From assembly GCA_951406725.2 (NCBI GenBank), contig OX597827.1:61690001-61754000 (forward strand): DNA of 64,000 nucleotides, written 5' to 3'. Position 1 is the stretch's first letter. Every line of letters starts with the position of its first letter. Below are positions 51,313 through 64,000 of the stretch, in pieces. The notes beneath the pieces are model-generated. The model worked only from the letters and a program-made list of their open reading frames with translations, was not told the origin of the DNA and ran no database searches. Made by a program: the position numbers and the translations under genes. The stretch is from Octopus vulgaris (taxonomy: Eukaryota).

Positions 51313-52739
51313 GGCGATGAGCTGGCAGAAGCGTTAGCATGCCGGGCGAAATGCGTAGCCGTATTTCATCAGCTGTTACATTCTGAGTTCAAATTCCCCC
51401 ACGGTCGACTTTGCCTTTCAACCTTTTGAGGTCGATAAATTAAGTACCAGTTACGCACTGGGGTCGATATAATTGACTTAATCCATTTGTCTGTCCTTGT
51501 TTGAGAAACACTGGGTTAGAGTGTTGCACTCAGATCGTAAGGTTGTCTTTTTAATTCCTGGATTAGACAGCACAGTGTATCCTTGAGCAAAACACTTCAT
51601 TTCATGTTGCTCCAGTCCACTCATTCAGAAATGGGTAATCCTGTGGTAGACTGGAGCAAGATACTTCATAGCTCGAACACCTTTGATCATAGGTTTGATT
51701 GATCAAGACTGACCTTGATTGGAACTAAGCAACAAGTGCAGGGAATTCCAGAGGGCCAACATTTTGAGAGAAGGACAAGGTGTTGTGTATAGCATAGTAT
51801 GAAACCTGAGTTGGGATGGTGTGGGGGATGCAGTACAAGTGATAAGAGAAATTTAGCACTTGGGAATTCTGCTGAGCCAACAGAACACCAACAGCAATGA
51901 ATCCATACCATGAAGGCATCAGCTGAGGTCATGCACAGTAGGTTACACTATGATCAACACCTAGCCGGGGACTAAAGTAGGAGTTCAAAGACCAGCTGAA
52001 GATCACTTTGATAAAAAGTAACATCAACCCTTTAGCAATCTCACTACTGATGGATGATTGAAAATACGGAGGACAAGTGTACTCAGCCCTGCCAAAAGAA
52101 GCAAGGAAAATATGCAAGTAGAGTAATATAGGCTGTCTGTCACCAAAGCTACATATTAAGGGTTGGAATGTGCAAGTAGGTAAAGAACCACAAATGCAAA
52201 AAGATGGGGATCATCAGATTTGATGGACAGCAAAAAAGAGGTAAGCAAAAGAGAAGTTCTTTACTCTTACCCTTTACTCTTTTACTTGTTTCAGTCATGT
52301 GACTGTGGCCATGCTGGAGCACCGCCTTTAGTCGAGCAAATCGACCCCCAGGACTTATTCTTTGTAGTCCAAGTACTTATTCTATCGGTCACTTTTGATG
52401 AACCGCTAAGTTACGGGGACGTAAACACACCAGCATCGGTTGTCAAGCGATGTTGGGGGCACAAACATAGACAGACGAGCATATACATACATATATATAT
52501 ATATATGACAGGCTTCTTTCAGTTTCCATCTACCAAATCCACTCATAAGGCTTTGGTCAGCCCAAGGCTACAGGAGAAGACACTTGCCCAAGTTAATTAA
52601 ATATGCCTTTCGTTGTCTCATTAACCCTTTTGATACTAATCTGCCCTTGTTTTAGGTAGCTATGCATGTACATCACACAGTGTCAAGACAAGGAGACACA
52701 AACACATGACAGGCTTCTTTCAGTTTCCATACTCTAAAT

Positions 52740-52940
52740 CAGTGGTTTTCAACCAGGGTTCCGCCAGTACAGTCCAGGGGTTCCGCAAGAAGTTACAAAA
52801 ATGCTAAAATCGACAGTAATTTTTAATTCTCCTGTGCAGATATGTGTGCATAAGACAATTAAATTATTGCACAGGGGTTCCTCGAGCCAGTGAAATGTTT
52901 TCTTGGGGTTCCGCTCCAGCAAAAAGGTTGAAAAACACTG
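52740..52940. mobile_element. hAT-type MITE inserted into a SINE
   Basis: TIRs CAGTGGTTTTCAACC / GGTTGAAAAACACTG with a perfect 8-bp target-site duplication CTCTAAAT. Confidence 0.85.
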
Positions 52941-53429
52941 CTCTAAATTCACTCACAAGCCTTTGGTCAGCCCGAGATTACAGCAGAAGGCACTTGCTCA
53001 AGGCGCCATGCAACAGAACTGAACACAGAACCTTGTGGTTGGAAGCAAATTTCTTACCACACTGCTACGTCTGTTTGTGTGCCAAATAAGAGTTTAGTTA
53101 GATATTACCGTGTATTAATGGATTTTCAGTGAATAATAATATACACACATAGAGCTTACATGCAAACCTTTTATGCATTATATATGAAAACAAGATTCTT
53201 CCATTGTAGCCTATTCCTGAATGTTTTGTGTATAATATTCATGCAACCATTCTGCTCTCAGAAAATCGCTGTGCATTTTCAAACACAAGCAAACATCATA
53301 CATACATGGGTATTAATCTTTATTCAGACACACGCATTCATTTCAAGCTGCAGAAAAGGCCACCAGCTACAATAAACCTTAAGAGGATTTACAAGGTAGT
53401 CGATGTAATAATTGTTATTTTCTAATAGA

Positions 53430-53661
53430 AGGCGGCGAGCTGGCAGAAACGTTAGCACGCCGGCCGAAATGCTTAGCGGTATTTCGTCTGCCGCTACGTT
53501 CTGAGTTCAAATTCCGCCGAAGTCGACTTTGCCTTTCATCCTTTCGGGGTCGATAAATAAAGTACCAGTTTCGCACTGGGTCGATATAATCGACTTAATC
53601 CGTTTGTCTGTCCTTGTTTGTCCCCTCTATGTTTAGCCCCTTGTGGGTAGTAAAGAAATAT
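53430..53661 (+). mobile_element. SINE family B with Meta-like core (representative young copy)
   Basis: ggcggcgagctggcagaaacgttagc...gagttcaaattcc...gcctttcatcctttcggggtcgataaa...aaagaaata. Copies at 895-1105(-), 9343-9555(-), 13040-13268(-), 17265-17685(-), 26278-26490, 30118-30287(-), 35441-35675, 43678-44088(-), 49203-49415(-) and 51312-51503. Confidence 0.88.
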
Positions 53662-54676
53662 ATTTTCTAATTTTAAAGGACAAAAGAAAAAATATAACGA
53701 AGCAATTGATGTGAAAACAATGCAGTAGAAATGTGGAATTCTCACACATTCTCTTTCAAACGATAGTCTCTCTCTCTCTCTCTCACTGAGTTTCCAAGGT
53801 AAGCAACATAACGCCAGGTAAGACGGTTTCTAAATGTAATTTCTTACGCACAAGGTCTCAAAAGGATAACCCCAGACTTTTTTCTAAATGCCAATTTTTT
53901 TTTTAAATCGAAACTACCACTCACCCGAAAATAAAGCAAAATTAAATGACTGTCAGTAGAACACGGAGATTGCAGCACGGATTTTTGTCAGTGAACAAAC
54001 AAGTCGCGGTCTTATCGCGACGAAAATATTTTTGACAAATTAAACTTAAATGTTGAAGTGAATCGAACGGCTTTTGTGTGTTTCTTAAATGGCTTAACAA
54101 AACACCTTCCACGCTGCAATTGTTTTCGTTCCAGCACACGATCTCAGATCAAATCACTTGCTATGCAAGTACATCCCAGTCAGTAGACCACACTGTTCTA
54201 ACAATACTTTACAATAAGCATTTCGTTCCATTCTCATACCTTCAGAATTGAAATCTTGAGGGCGACTTTCATCTTCACGGATTTCCAGAATCGATTCGAC
54301 CCACTGAAATACCCGTTTCTCTACGAATATCGACTTTATGCGTAAAGAAGAGAAGAAAAAAAATACCAAGATACAAAGGAATCAACACACAATTATACAC
54401 GACTACAGAGAAGGAGAGTGAGAGAGAGACTCGGGTAGCTATGCATGTATATACGTAAACTTGTCCAACGTGACCAAGTTATTAAACACCATAACAAAAG
54501 AGCAGTGTATATATATATATATATAATATATATGTGTGTGTGTGTGAGTGAGTGTCTGTTGTTGGTTTAGCATGTAGACGAGCACACAAAAGGTAAAAAA
54601 AAAAAAAGGAGAAGAGGATGGGGGGGTAGAGATGGAGAAACAAACATTTAAAAGGAAACATGTATGTATAATAAAC

Positions 54677-54714
<38 letters not shown>

Positions 54715-55086
54715 GGGCAGATATTAATAGAATGGGAATAGAGGAGAAATGAATGAATGAACGAGGTCACATCCACATTATTTATAAACATTTCCCCTAT
54801 GAGTTTATGCAAGGGTGCGTGCGCGCGCACATATATATATAAATATATATATATATATTTATATTTATGAGTTGAAGCTTCTTGCACACATATCCGTTCT
54901 TTCAAATTCAAAACTCGGAGTTGATACATTCTTTTGTTTATTTCTGAGATACTGACCATAGCGCCATCACTTTCTTAGTTGTAGATAATTACCTCAATTA
55001 CATGAATTAAAGAAAATATTCTCACGGTTTCATATGCATCTGGTTAATATTATATATATATACCATATATATAAACACATGCATGC

Positions 55087-55136
<50 letters not shown>

Positions 55137-55997
55137 GTATGTATACATGTAGAGATATTTCAGAACACAAATTTGTTTGTTTAGACGAATATGTATGTGT
55201 ATATATAAAACAGTTTTTTCAGCAACAAGAACAGTATCAGCAATAATAATAAATATGCAAAATATAATTAAAAACAAAGCCAAGAAAATAATTAATCAAC
55301 CAAGATACCACCACTCACCCGAGTTTAAATGGCGTCAAGGGAGCTTTGAGAGTGTCTAATTTTGGTCGATACACAAATTAAAAAACAAAACGTATATGTT
55401 TGTGCGTGTGTGTGTAAATATATACATATGTGTGTGTATCTGTGCATATATATATAGGTGTGTATATATATATATATTTATATATATAGGAGATGGATGA
55501 GACGGAGCTTAGATCCTCTGGTGAAGTCGATAAAACTGTATTGTAACCTTTTTGTTTTGTTGATTAGCAACAGGCAAGATACTTCACGTGAAGTCTTGTG
55601 AATGCGTTTATATAAAAAAATATCTCTCTGTAAACATAATTATATTATTATTATATATACGAACGACATGTTTGTTTGTTTGGGGGTTTAAAACGTGCAT
55701 GAAAAAGAAGCATTAAATTTCTCGACGATATATATACCCTTGTCGACAGAAATATGTGTTTGTTTTATATATGTATGTATGTATGTGCATATATATATAT
55801 ATAGTCAGTGGATCATGTATATAGATCGCCTATATATATATATATACATATGCATATGTGTGTGCGTGTGTAGAGCTCATTGTTTTGGTAGAGACGAGCA
55901 AGAAGCCATTGCTGTACGTCAGCCTAAACACTTGGCGATGTGTTAATAAGGAGAAGAAAAACAAATCACCATAACACCATCACACACGAGTGTATGT

Positions 55998-56029
<32 letters not shown>

Positions 56030-56460
56030 AATATATGTCCTTGCATATGATCGTATCATACATAGACAGAAAATAAATATATAGATAGATAGATAGATAA
56101 AATAAATAACGGGGTAAATAAAGGCACTGGGTGTGGGTGCTATGATCAAAAGCAATGTAACTTTATAAATATAATATATAGAATAAAAATAATAATAATA
56201 ATAATAAACAAAGGCCATATACAAAGGCGTAAAAAACCATAAATATTACACCACACACACAGCACAGAGAAAGAATCACAAAATCCAAGCAGAAAGAGCA
56301 ATGAACAGAATATTATTTCTGAGCCAAAATATTTCACTGTCTCCTCTGAGGATACATACATGCACATATATAAGAAAAAATTAATTGTAATCATAGAAAA
56401 TATCGTATCAAGTTATGTATATATCAAGTTATGTATATATGTATATATATCTATACTTAC

Positions 56461-56680
56461 CACATAAGATGTGTGTATATGCAGCTATAATAACATATAA
56501 ATAGAATATATATATGCTTATTATACATATATTTATTTATATACATATATAAGTATATACATATGTGTGTGTGTGTAGAAATATATAGTGTATATATATT
56601 GTAAACACTGGATAAAATTGAGTAAAGTATTTGCAGACCCAAAGAAATCTGTAACAGAATAAAAACAACACGGAGAGAGA
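56461..56680 (-). other. Putative non-coding first exon of PCMTD1
   Basis: Donor G|GTAAGT at 56460-56455, directly downstream (on -) of a CRE/ZNF143-like motif cluster. The first coding exon has an acceptor, so an upstream exon is required. The 5' boundary is approximate. Confidence 0.45.
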
Positions 56681-56685
56681 GCGGC

Positions 56686-56720
56686 GTGACGTCACCATAA
56701 CAATAAAAGCATCATGGGAA
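56686..56720. promoter_or_regulatory. Promoter motifs: palindromic CRE/ATF site and ZNF143/Staf-like site
   Basis: GTGACGTCAC at 56686-56695; GCATCATGGGAA at 56709-56720 (reverse complement TTCCCATGATGC). The region keeps CpGs and lacks SINEs. Confidence 0.55.
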
Positions 56721-58714
56721 AATTTTCAAAGCCCAACAACCAACACCACCACCCCCTCCTTCTTTCCTTGCCCGACGCCTCCACCACATTTAGTTTTTGA
56801 TTCGTTTTGTTTGTTTTTTAAACTCTAATTCTTATTTTTTTGATCCCTTGTTTTGTGTTCGAAAAAAAAAATTATTGAAAATATTTTTAAAAAATTATTT
56901 TTTTAATAATTATTTTAAATAAACATCTCTATTACATATACATATATACATGTAAATAATATCTTAATTATCATGTTATTGCTTGTTTTACAAAATATAT
57001 AGAAATATTTTTTTGAAGAGTATTTTGATAAACTACTACCCTCATCCTCTGTTGTTTTTTTTGGGGTTTTTTACATTTTCTTTAAAGTAATTCTTGTTTT
57101 AAGTTCCAAAAATTATTGAAAATATATTTTAATTTATATGTAAATATTTAATTATCTTTTATAAAAGATAAAAAGGCTTTTATAAAATGTTTTTTTTTGT
57201 GTGATTATTTTTGTGGAGTATTTTGATTAACTATAACTTTCGCAGTAATTAAAGAAAATGGAGGGGGCGCGGAATAAATCTCTTTTTCTGAATATTTAGC
57301 GACTATTTTCCCTATATTTAGCAGGTATTATTTATAAGTCTATGAAACAATATCATAGTCCGTTTTTCTTTTCTTTTTTTTTTTCACAAATAAACAAAAG
57401 TTTAAAAAAGTGAATAACTCTGCAAAAATCACTGATTAAAATAACTTTCAAATAATGATTTAAATTTTAGTGCAAGGCAAGCAACTTTAGTTTGAGGGGA
57501 CGGACCCGTCGATTACTTGGCTGATACTTTATTTTATCGACCTCGAACGGGTAAAATGCAAAGTCGGCCGCAGCGGCATTTGAACGCAGAACCCAAAAAG
57601 AAAGCAACTATATGATTCCTTCCACTATTGGCACAATGCCAGAAATTTGGACGGGAGAGGGCTCGCCGATTACTTCGACCTCGGAGCTCAACTGGCAATT
57701 ATTCAATCAACTCCGAAAGGACGAAAGGAAAGTCGACTTCGGAGGCATTCAAAAAGAAAACAATAATATAATGACAGTAGGCATGATTGTGCAGCTGAGA
57801 AAATCTACTGCGGTGTTTAATAGTTCAATACTCCCTCGCAGCACCTTGGGTAAAATATCTTCCACAATAGCCTTGAGTCTGCCAAGGACTCTTAAGTTGC
57901 CTCTATGAGTTTGCGAGGTTTTTTTCTAGCTTGGGGGCTGGTGAATACTTCGGACATTTGGAGAGTGTTAAACACAAATATAACATATAACAAATTAACA
58001 TACAATTTGAAAAGTGCTCTGTACATCAATAATACAGTTTAAAGTACAGTAATGTTTTCCAAAAAAATGTTACAACAGAAAGTCCAAAATCTTGTTTTAT
58101 TGTTCATACATGCGTATGTGTCTGTATATATATATAGAGAGAGAAAGAGAGAATACTAACACATACAAACACGCACTTAAGCGTTTGTTGATCAAACGAT
58201 ACGATTTATTCGAGGAAACCTTAAATAAATAATTCTAAATCAAAATTATTTTCCTTTTACTCCCTTTTTTCTTTGTCTATCAGATTTCGGATTTACGTTT
58301 CAATTTAAAGATTTTGTTTGACAATACGCTGAGTGAAGCTTTACACACACACACATATATATAATGTATGTGTGTGTTAATACAAGAGATTATCTCCCCT
58401 TTCGATTTTTAGTGTGTTGCAATTTCCACTAGGTGATTGTTTACCTTCTCTCGAAGCGAAGATATTTTCAATATGTCAAGACATTTAAGATGGCGAGCTG
58501 GCACAATCGTTAACAAACCGGGTTCTTTTCAAAAAATTATTTTTTAAATCTGCCGGTCAAAGTGAAAAGACCCGCAAACCGGACAAAATGCATAGCGCCA
58601 TTTCGCCTGTCTTTATGTTCAGACTTCAAATTCCGCTGCAGTCGACTTTGTCTTTCATCCTTTCCGGGGAATCAATAAAATAAGTACCATATGAATATTT
58701 CGTTTGTTTGTCAC

Positions 58715-58802
58715 AACCCTAACCCTTACCCTAACCCTAGACCCTAACCCTAAACCTAAAACCCTAATCCTAACACCCCAACTCTAAAACCTTAAAGCTA
58801 AA
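58715..58802 (+). repeat. Degenerate telomere-like (CCCTAA)n tract inside a DNA transposon
   Basis: aaccctaacccttaccctaaccctagaccctaaccctaaacctaaaaccctaatcctaa; downstream sequence is homologous to the GGATC-ended element. Confidence 0.8.
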
Positions 58803-59616
58803 ACCAGTACAAATGCACGAACAATGTCATAAATAACAGTGACAAACGAAAAATACACTGCCGATAGTTGTTGACAAACAATGGCAGTAATTTTATACAG
58901 CTGAATACACGTCATTGATTGGTTGAAATTACCAAAATACTACAACTTTAACATGAAATAACATCCTAAATATAAGCTTTTCTCAAAAACACTAAGAGTA
59001 AAAGATGTTTTATATGACACATTCTATCAGTGTCCAAAGTTTGAAAGTGTTTAGTTACAAAAAGTTATTTTTTAAATCTGTCGGTCAAAAGGTAAAGATC
59101 CTACATATGTTTATTACTATTAATTATATATATATATATATATTTACATTAATGATGAATTTGTTTTGCAAGATTCCTAATGGGAAACCGTGTGTTGAAA
59201 CAGATATTGTTATATTTTGGGATGATAATTTTTTTTGTTTTTGCGAAATGAATTAAGTGGAGCAGGAAGACACATGTTGAAGGAAAGAGTCACTGAAGAG
59301 GTCACAGATGTGTGATGAAAGATTTCAGAACAATGGACGGGAGATAAAATATGAACACTAATAAATGAGTGAAGAACGAACATATAGTGCATGTGTTTAT
59401 TTGGAGAAAACAAATAAAACTGACCATCCCAAAAGATAACAATATATGGAGTGGCTGTGTGGTAAGAAGCTTGCTTCCCAACAATATGGTTCCATGTTCA
59501 GTCCCACAGCATGGCATCTTGGGCAAGTATCTTCTACTATAGCCTAAGGCTGACCAAAGCTTTGTAAGTGGATTTGGTAGAAGGAAACTGAAAGAAGCCT
59601 GTTGTATACATATATA

Positions 59617-59679
<63 letters not shown>

Positions 59680-60117
59680 GTGTCTGTGTTATCTACCCCA
59701 CCATCACTTGACAACCAATGTTGGTGTGTTTACATTCCCGTAGCTTAGCGGTTTAGCGAGACCGATAGAATGAGTAATAGGCTCACAAAGAATAAGTCCT
59801 GGGGTCCATTTCTTCGACTAACAGCAGTGCTGTAGTATGGCCACAGTCAAATGACTGAAACAGGTAAAAGAATAAAAGAACATATTTGTCATGTTAGACC
59901 ACTGAGCTCAACATGTTTTTTTCATTCTTTCTTTTTTTATTTCTTCTTATTCCTTTCCGTCAAAGAGCATAGGCTCAAAATATAAGACTTTTCTATTTTT
60001 TCCTGAGCATCAGAGAGAGAGAGTGTTATATCACAATACTACACAGTGGGTGTGTGAGCTACGAAATCCTCGTCGTCACTGTTATGTTGCATGTTATGTC
60101 GCCACTGTTATGTTGCA

Positions 60118-60485
60118 AAGGCCCAGTGGTTAGGGCAGCGGACTCGCGGTCGTAGGATCGCGGTTTCGATTCCCAGACCGGGCATTGTGAGTGTTTATTG
60201 AGCGAAAACACCTAAAGCTTCACAAGGCTCCAGCAGGGGGTGGTGGTGAACCCTGCTGTACTCTTTCACCACAACTTTCTCTCACTCTTTCTTCCTGTTT
60301 CTGTTGTACCTATATTTCAAAGGGCCAGCCTTGTCACACTCTGTGTCACGCTGAATCTCCTCGAGAACTACGTTAAGGGTACACGTGTCTGTGGAGTGCT
60401 CAGCCACTTGCACGTTAATTCCACGAGCAAGCTGTTCCGTTGATCGTATCAGCTGGGACCCCCATCGTCGTAACCGACGGAGTGC
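60118..60485 (+). mobile_element. tRNA-Arg-like SINE family D
   Basis: ggcccagtggttagggcagcggactcGCGgtcgtaggatcgcggtttcgattccc head; related inverted copy at ~4300-4575. Confidence 0.75.
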
Positions 60486-61014
60486 TCCTACTACTCCACT
60501 CAACTCTGTTCTTGTCTACCTCGACGTCTAGACTCCGCCCTCTTATATCTACGTATTGGGCTAGCCTACTTCATCATCTGGGGGCAACCACACAACAGAG
60601 AAAGCTGTTTATGTATGTAGATATATGTTCTTTTATTTTTCCTTCTTTCAGTCATTAGACTGTGACCATGCTACAGCACTGCTTTCACTGGTTTAGTTGA
60701 ACAAATCAATGTTGGTACTGTTTTCGTTTTATTAATCTCGTACTTATTCTCTCAATGACTTTTTTGCTCAACTTCTAAGTTATGGGGACATAAATATACC
60801 AACTCTAGTTATTAGCTGATGCATGACAAACACAAATATGCACACACACACGCACACAAATGTATGTATATATGAATACATTATAGGCTTCTACACAGTT
60901 TCCATTTACTAAGTTTACTCGCTAGGTATTGTTCAGTCGTGTTCAAAGTCCTGTACAATTGAACAGAGGTTGAAATGACTTTTTAAGCACATTGCCATAC
61001 TTGTGTGTACACTC

Positions 61015-61414
61015 ACACACAATTCTACTATATGGCTCAGAAACCTGGACGTTATCAAAGAAGCTTGAGAGGCGGTTGGATGGAACCTACACTCGCCTCC
61101 TTATGAGAGCTCAAAATCTCTCGTGGAAGCGCCATCCAACCAAAATGCAAATATATGGGAAACTACCACCTGTGTCATCTCTTATGAAAGGTAGGAGAGT
61201 CCAGTTTGCTGGACATTGTTGTAGAGCTGAAAAAGAAGTAATTTCTACTCTTCTCCTCTGGAAGCCATCTACTCGCAATACCAGAGGGCGCACACTCTCC
61301 TACCCTGATGTAATTTCCAGGGATACAGGCATCCAGCAACAGGACCTCCGTGAAGTCTGGCGTAGCATGGTAAATTCCATTGTCTCGACCACGGTCGAAC
61401 AATGAATGATGATG
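61015..61414 (+). mobile_element. RTE-type LINE reverse-transcriptase C-terminal fragment with (TGA)n tail
   Basis: ILLYGSETWTLSKKLERRLDGTYTRLLMRAQNLSW...RRVQFAGHCCR...LLLWKP; ends aatgaatgatgatga. Confidence 0.85.
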
Positions 61415-62349
61415 ACACACATACACGTACACACACACATGCATACCTACATATCAACAACAGTGTTATGGTAAGATCCATGATGGTAGAGTCTGAGAAG
61501 TATAAAGTTCCAAATGTAATCCAGATGATGGTAAAGTGATTTAAGAAAGGTACCTGAGTTGTTGAAACTCCCTTCAGTCATGACTGACCATGGGATTGCA
61601 CCTAGAAAGTTACCCTCCCAAGCACAAGTCTAGGCAAGGTTGTTTATAGAAGACCAGCAGTCGCCCATGCATATCGGCCTCCCATCTCCACAGCACTAGT
61701 GTTATCCAAGGGAAAGGCAAAGAGGCCGATACAGCTTGGCACCAGTGACATCGCAACTCATTTCTACAGCTGAGTGAACTGGAGCAACGTGAAATAAAGT
61801 GTCTTGCTCAAGAACACAACGAGCAGCCCGGTCTGGGATTCGAACTCACAACCTCACGATCGTAAGCTCAACGCTCTAACCAGGTCTAAGAAGGTAGAAG
61901 ACGGGGATGAAGGTTGAAGAGAGGAGGAAGTTCAGTCAGGCAGGATCAAACTGGAGTGACCTCATGAGTGTATATTATATATAGTTCAAAATGGTACAAG
62001 AAACAAAAAACAAAGACAGGTGAAGGAAAATGGAAAGCTGTTAATCCAGACATGTTTCTCTCCCTCTCTCTCTGTTTTTCTTTTTTTTTTACTCTCTCCG
62101 TGTTTTCTTTCCTTATTCCTTTTTGTAGATGAGCATAGGTTTGTAACATGAAACACTCTTCCATTTTTCCCAAGTGTTAAACTAATACGCCTTGTTTGTT
62201 GCTCTGTCATCTGTCTCTGTCTTCTGTTCTTTGTCTTCAGTACAATTTTGAACCATATATATATATATATATTTATATATATTTATATATATAATGCATA
62301 CGTAAATAGTATATACATATAACGCACAACTTACACATATTGTACACAC

Positions 62350-63247
62350 ATGCATACATACATGCGTACATACATAACGCACATACATAGAGACATACCT
62401 ACACACATGCATACACACATACATACACGCATACACACGTATATACATACATACGTACGTACGTACATACGTACATTCATACATACGTACATACATACGT
62501 ACGTACGTACATACGTACATACATACATACGTACGTACATACGTACGTACGTACATACGTACATACATACATACGTACATACGTACATACATACATACAT
62601 ACATACGTACATACATACGTACATACATACGTACATACATACATACATACGTACGTACGTACATACATACATACATACATACATACATACATACATACGT
62701 ACATACATACATACGTACATACATACGTACGTACGTACGTACATACGTACATACATACATACATTCGTACGTACGTACGTACATACATACATACTTACAT
62801 ATATACATACATACATACATACATACATACATACATACATACATACATACGTACATACATACATACGTACGTACGTACATACATACATACATGGTTGGCC
62901 ATACTATTTGTAATTCTGTATTGACTTTAGGTATATTATACATACATACATACATACATAGATATTATACATACATACATACATACATACATACATACAT
63001 ACATACATACGTACATACATACATACGTACATACATACGTACGTACGTACATACGTACATACATACATACATTCGTACGTACGTACGTACATACATACAT
63101 ACTTACATATATACATACATACATACATACATACATACATACATACATACATACATACATACATACATACGTACATACATACATACGTACGTACGTACAT
63201 ACATACATACATGGTTGGCCATACTATTTGTAATTCTGTATTGACTT
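62350..63247 (+). repeat. (ACAT/ACGT)n microsatellite block with a ~320-bp tandem duplication
   Basis: The unique anchor atggttggccatactatttgtaattctgtattgactt occurs at 62891 and 63211, each preceded by the same interruption pattern. Confidence 0.9.
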
Positions 63248-64000
63248 GAATGGAAAAATGAGTCGCTCAAGAAGGGCTTCAGTTTGAACAATTTTCATGA
63301 TGTTTCATACTTAGATGTTTAGTAAATTCATTCAGTTGTTAAACATAAATAAATTGTAGAATTAAATGGTTTTGATTTACTGACAGGTGACTTTTGGCCA
63401 ACCCTGTACATACATAGAGTGAATAGTTGTTAAACTCTACTCCGCCAAATTGGAAAGTGGATAAATCAAGCAAAATCTAAATTAGCAGTCACAGTTAATT
63501 TCTGCAGTCATCATTGGGTATCAAGTGTTGTCAGGATGTATATTATAGGCATATAATATACCTAAATATATTGCTAGCCACTACACACATTTTTTCTCTC
63601 CTTGTTTCTTTATGTTTTCCTTCCTGTGGAAGAGTGTAGGCTCAAAACATTAAAGACTTTTTCAATTCCCAAGCATTACACTAATACATCTGTTTGTTTT
63701 CTACACCACCTGTCTTCGTCTTTTGTTTTTTTCATGAATTCTCCCCATATATCATACGCTCACGTGGTCACCCCAGTTGATCCTGTCTCCCCTCATCACC
63801 CACAAACTTCTATACTGGACTTTCTACCTCTCTACCCTTTACAGATTCTCTTTTGGACTTTTTACTCTCCGGCTGCGTCTCTCCTGCCTATGGATTACTC
63901 TGGACTCTTCTGTAGATAGTGCTGCACACTTTTCAACTAGTTATATCACAACATATTTTGGTTGGACAGTGGAATAATAGAAGAGTGACATGAATAAGGA

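Noticed and set aside
58715-58802. True telomere or chromosome-fusion scar
   Set aside because: Short, degenerate, single orientation, and internal to a DNA transposon family with a similar tract near 32025.
62182-63291. Long MYVC/HTYI-repeat ORFs (also at 7710-8352)
   Set aside because: Translations of stop-free microsatellites.

Overview
AT-rich, microsatellite- and SINE-dense eukaryotic DNA. The repeat families look like those of an octopus/coleoid cephalopod (inference). Two host genes converge. The last coding exon of EIPR1/TSSC1 is on + (405-579). A complete PCMTD1/2 orthologue is on - with four coding exons (20225-19919, 18903-18629, 15492-15375, 11426-10069; 685 aa). PCMTD has a ~3.8 kb 3' UTR and probably a ~33-36 kb first intron leading to a CpG-retaining promoter region at ~53.4-57 kb with CRE, ZNF143-like and YY1-like motifs. 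The rest is transposon debris: several tRNA-derived SINE families, RTE LINE fragments, mariner remnants, TTAA-flanked piggyBac-type MITEs, hAT-type MITEs, a Mag/K02A2.6-type Gypsy remnant with 21-bp tandem arrays, and Penelope-like relics. The most notable unannotated signals are: (i) minimal type-I hammerhead ribozymes (4125-4179 and 34920-34970, a candidate in the PCMTD 3' UTR at 6726-6759, and decayed relatives); (ii) an 86-bp near-perfect fold-back with a retroelement tail in its loop (45563-45751); (iii) a pre-miRNA-sized perfect hairpin (49827-49888); (iv) a first coding exon of PCMTD flanked by inverted SINEs, a circRNA-prone layout; and (v) a SOCS box split by ~400 disordered residues.
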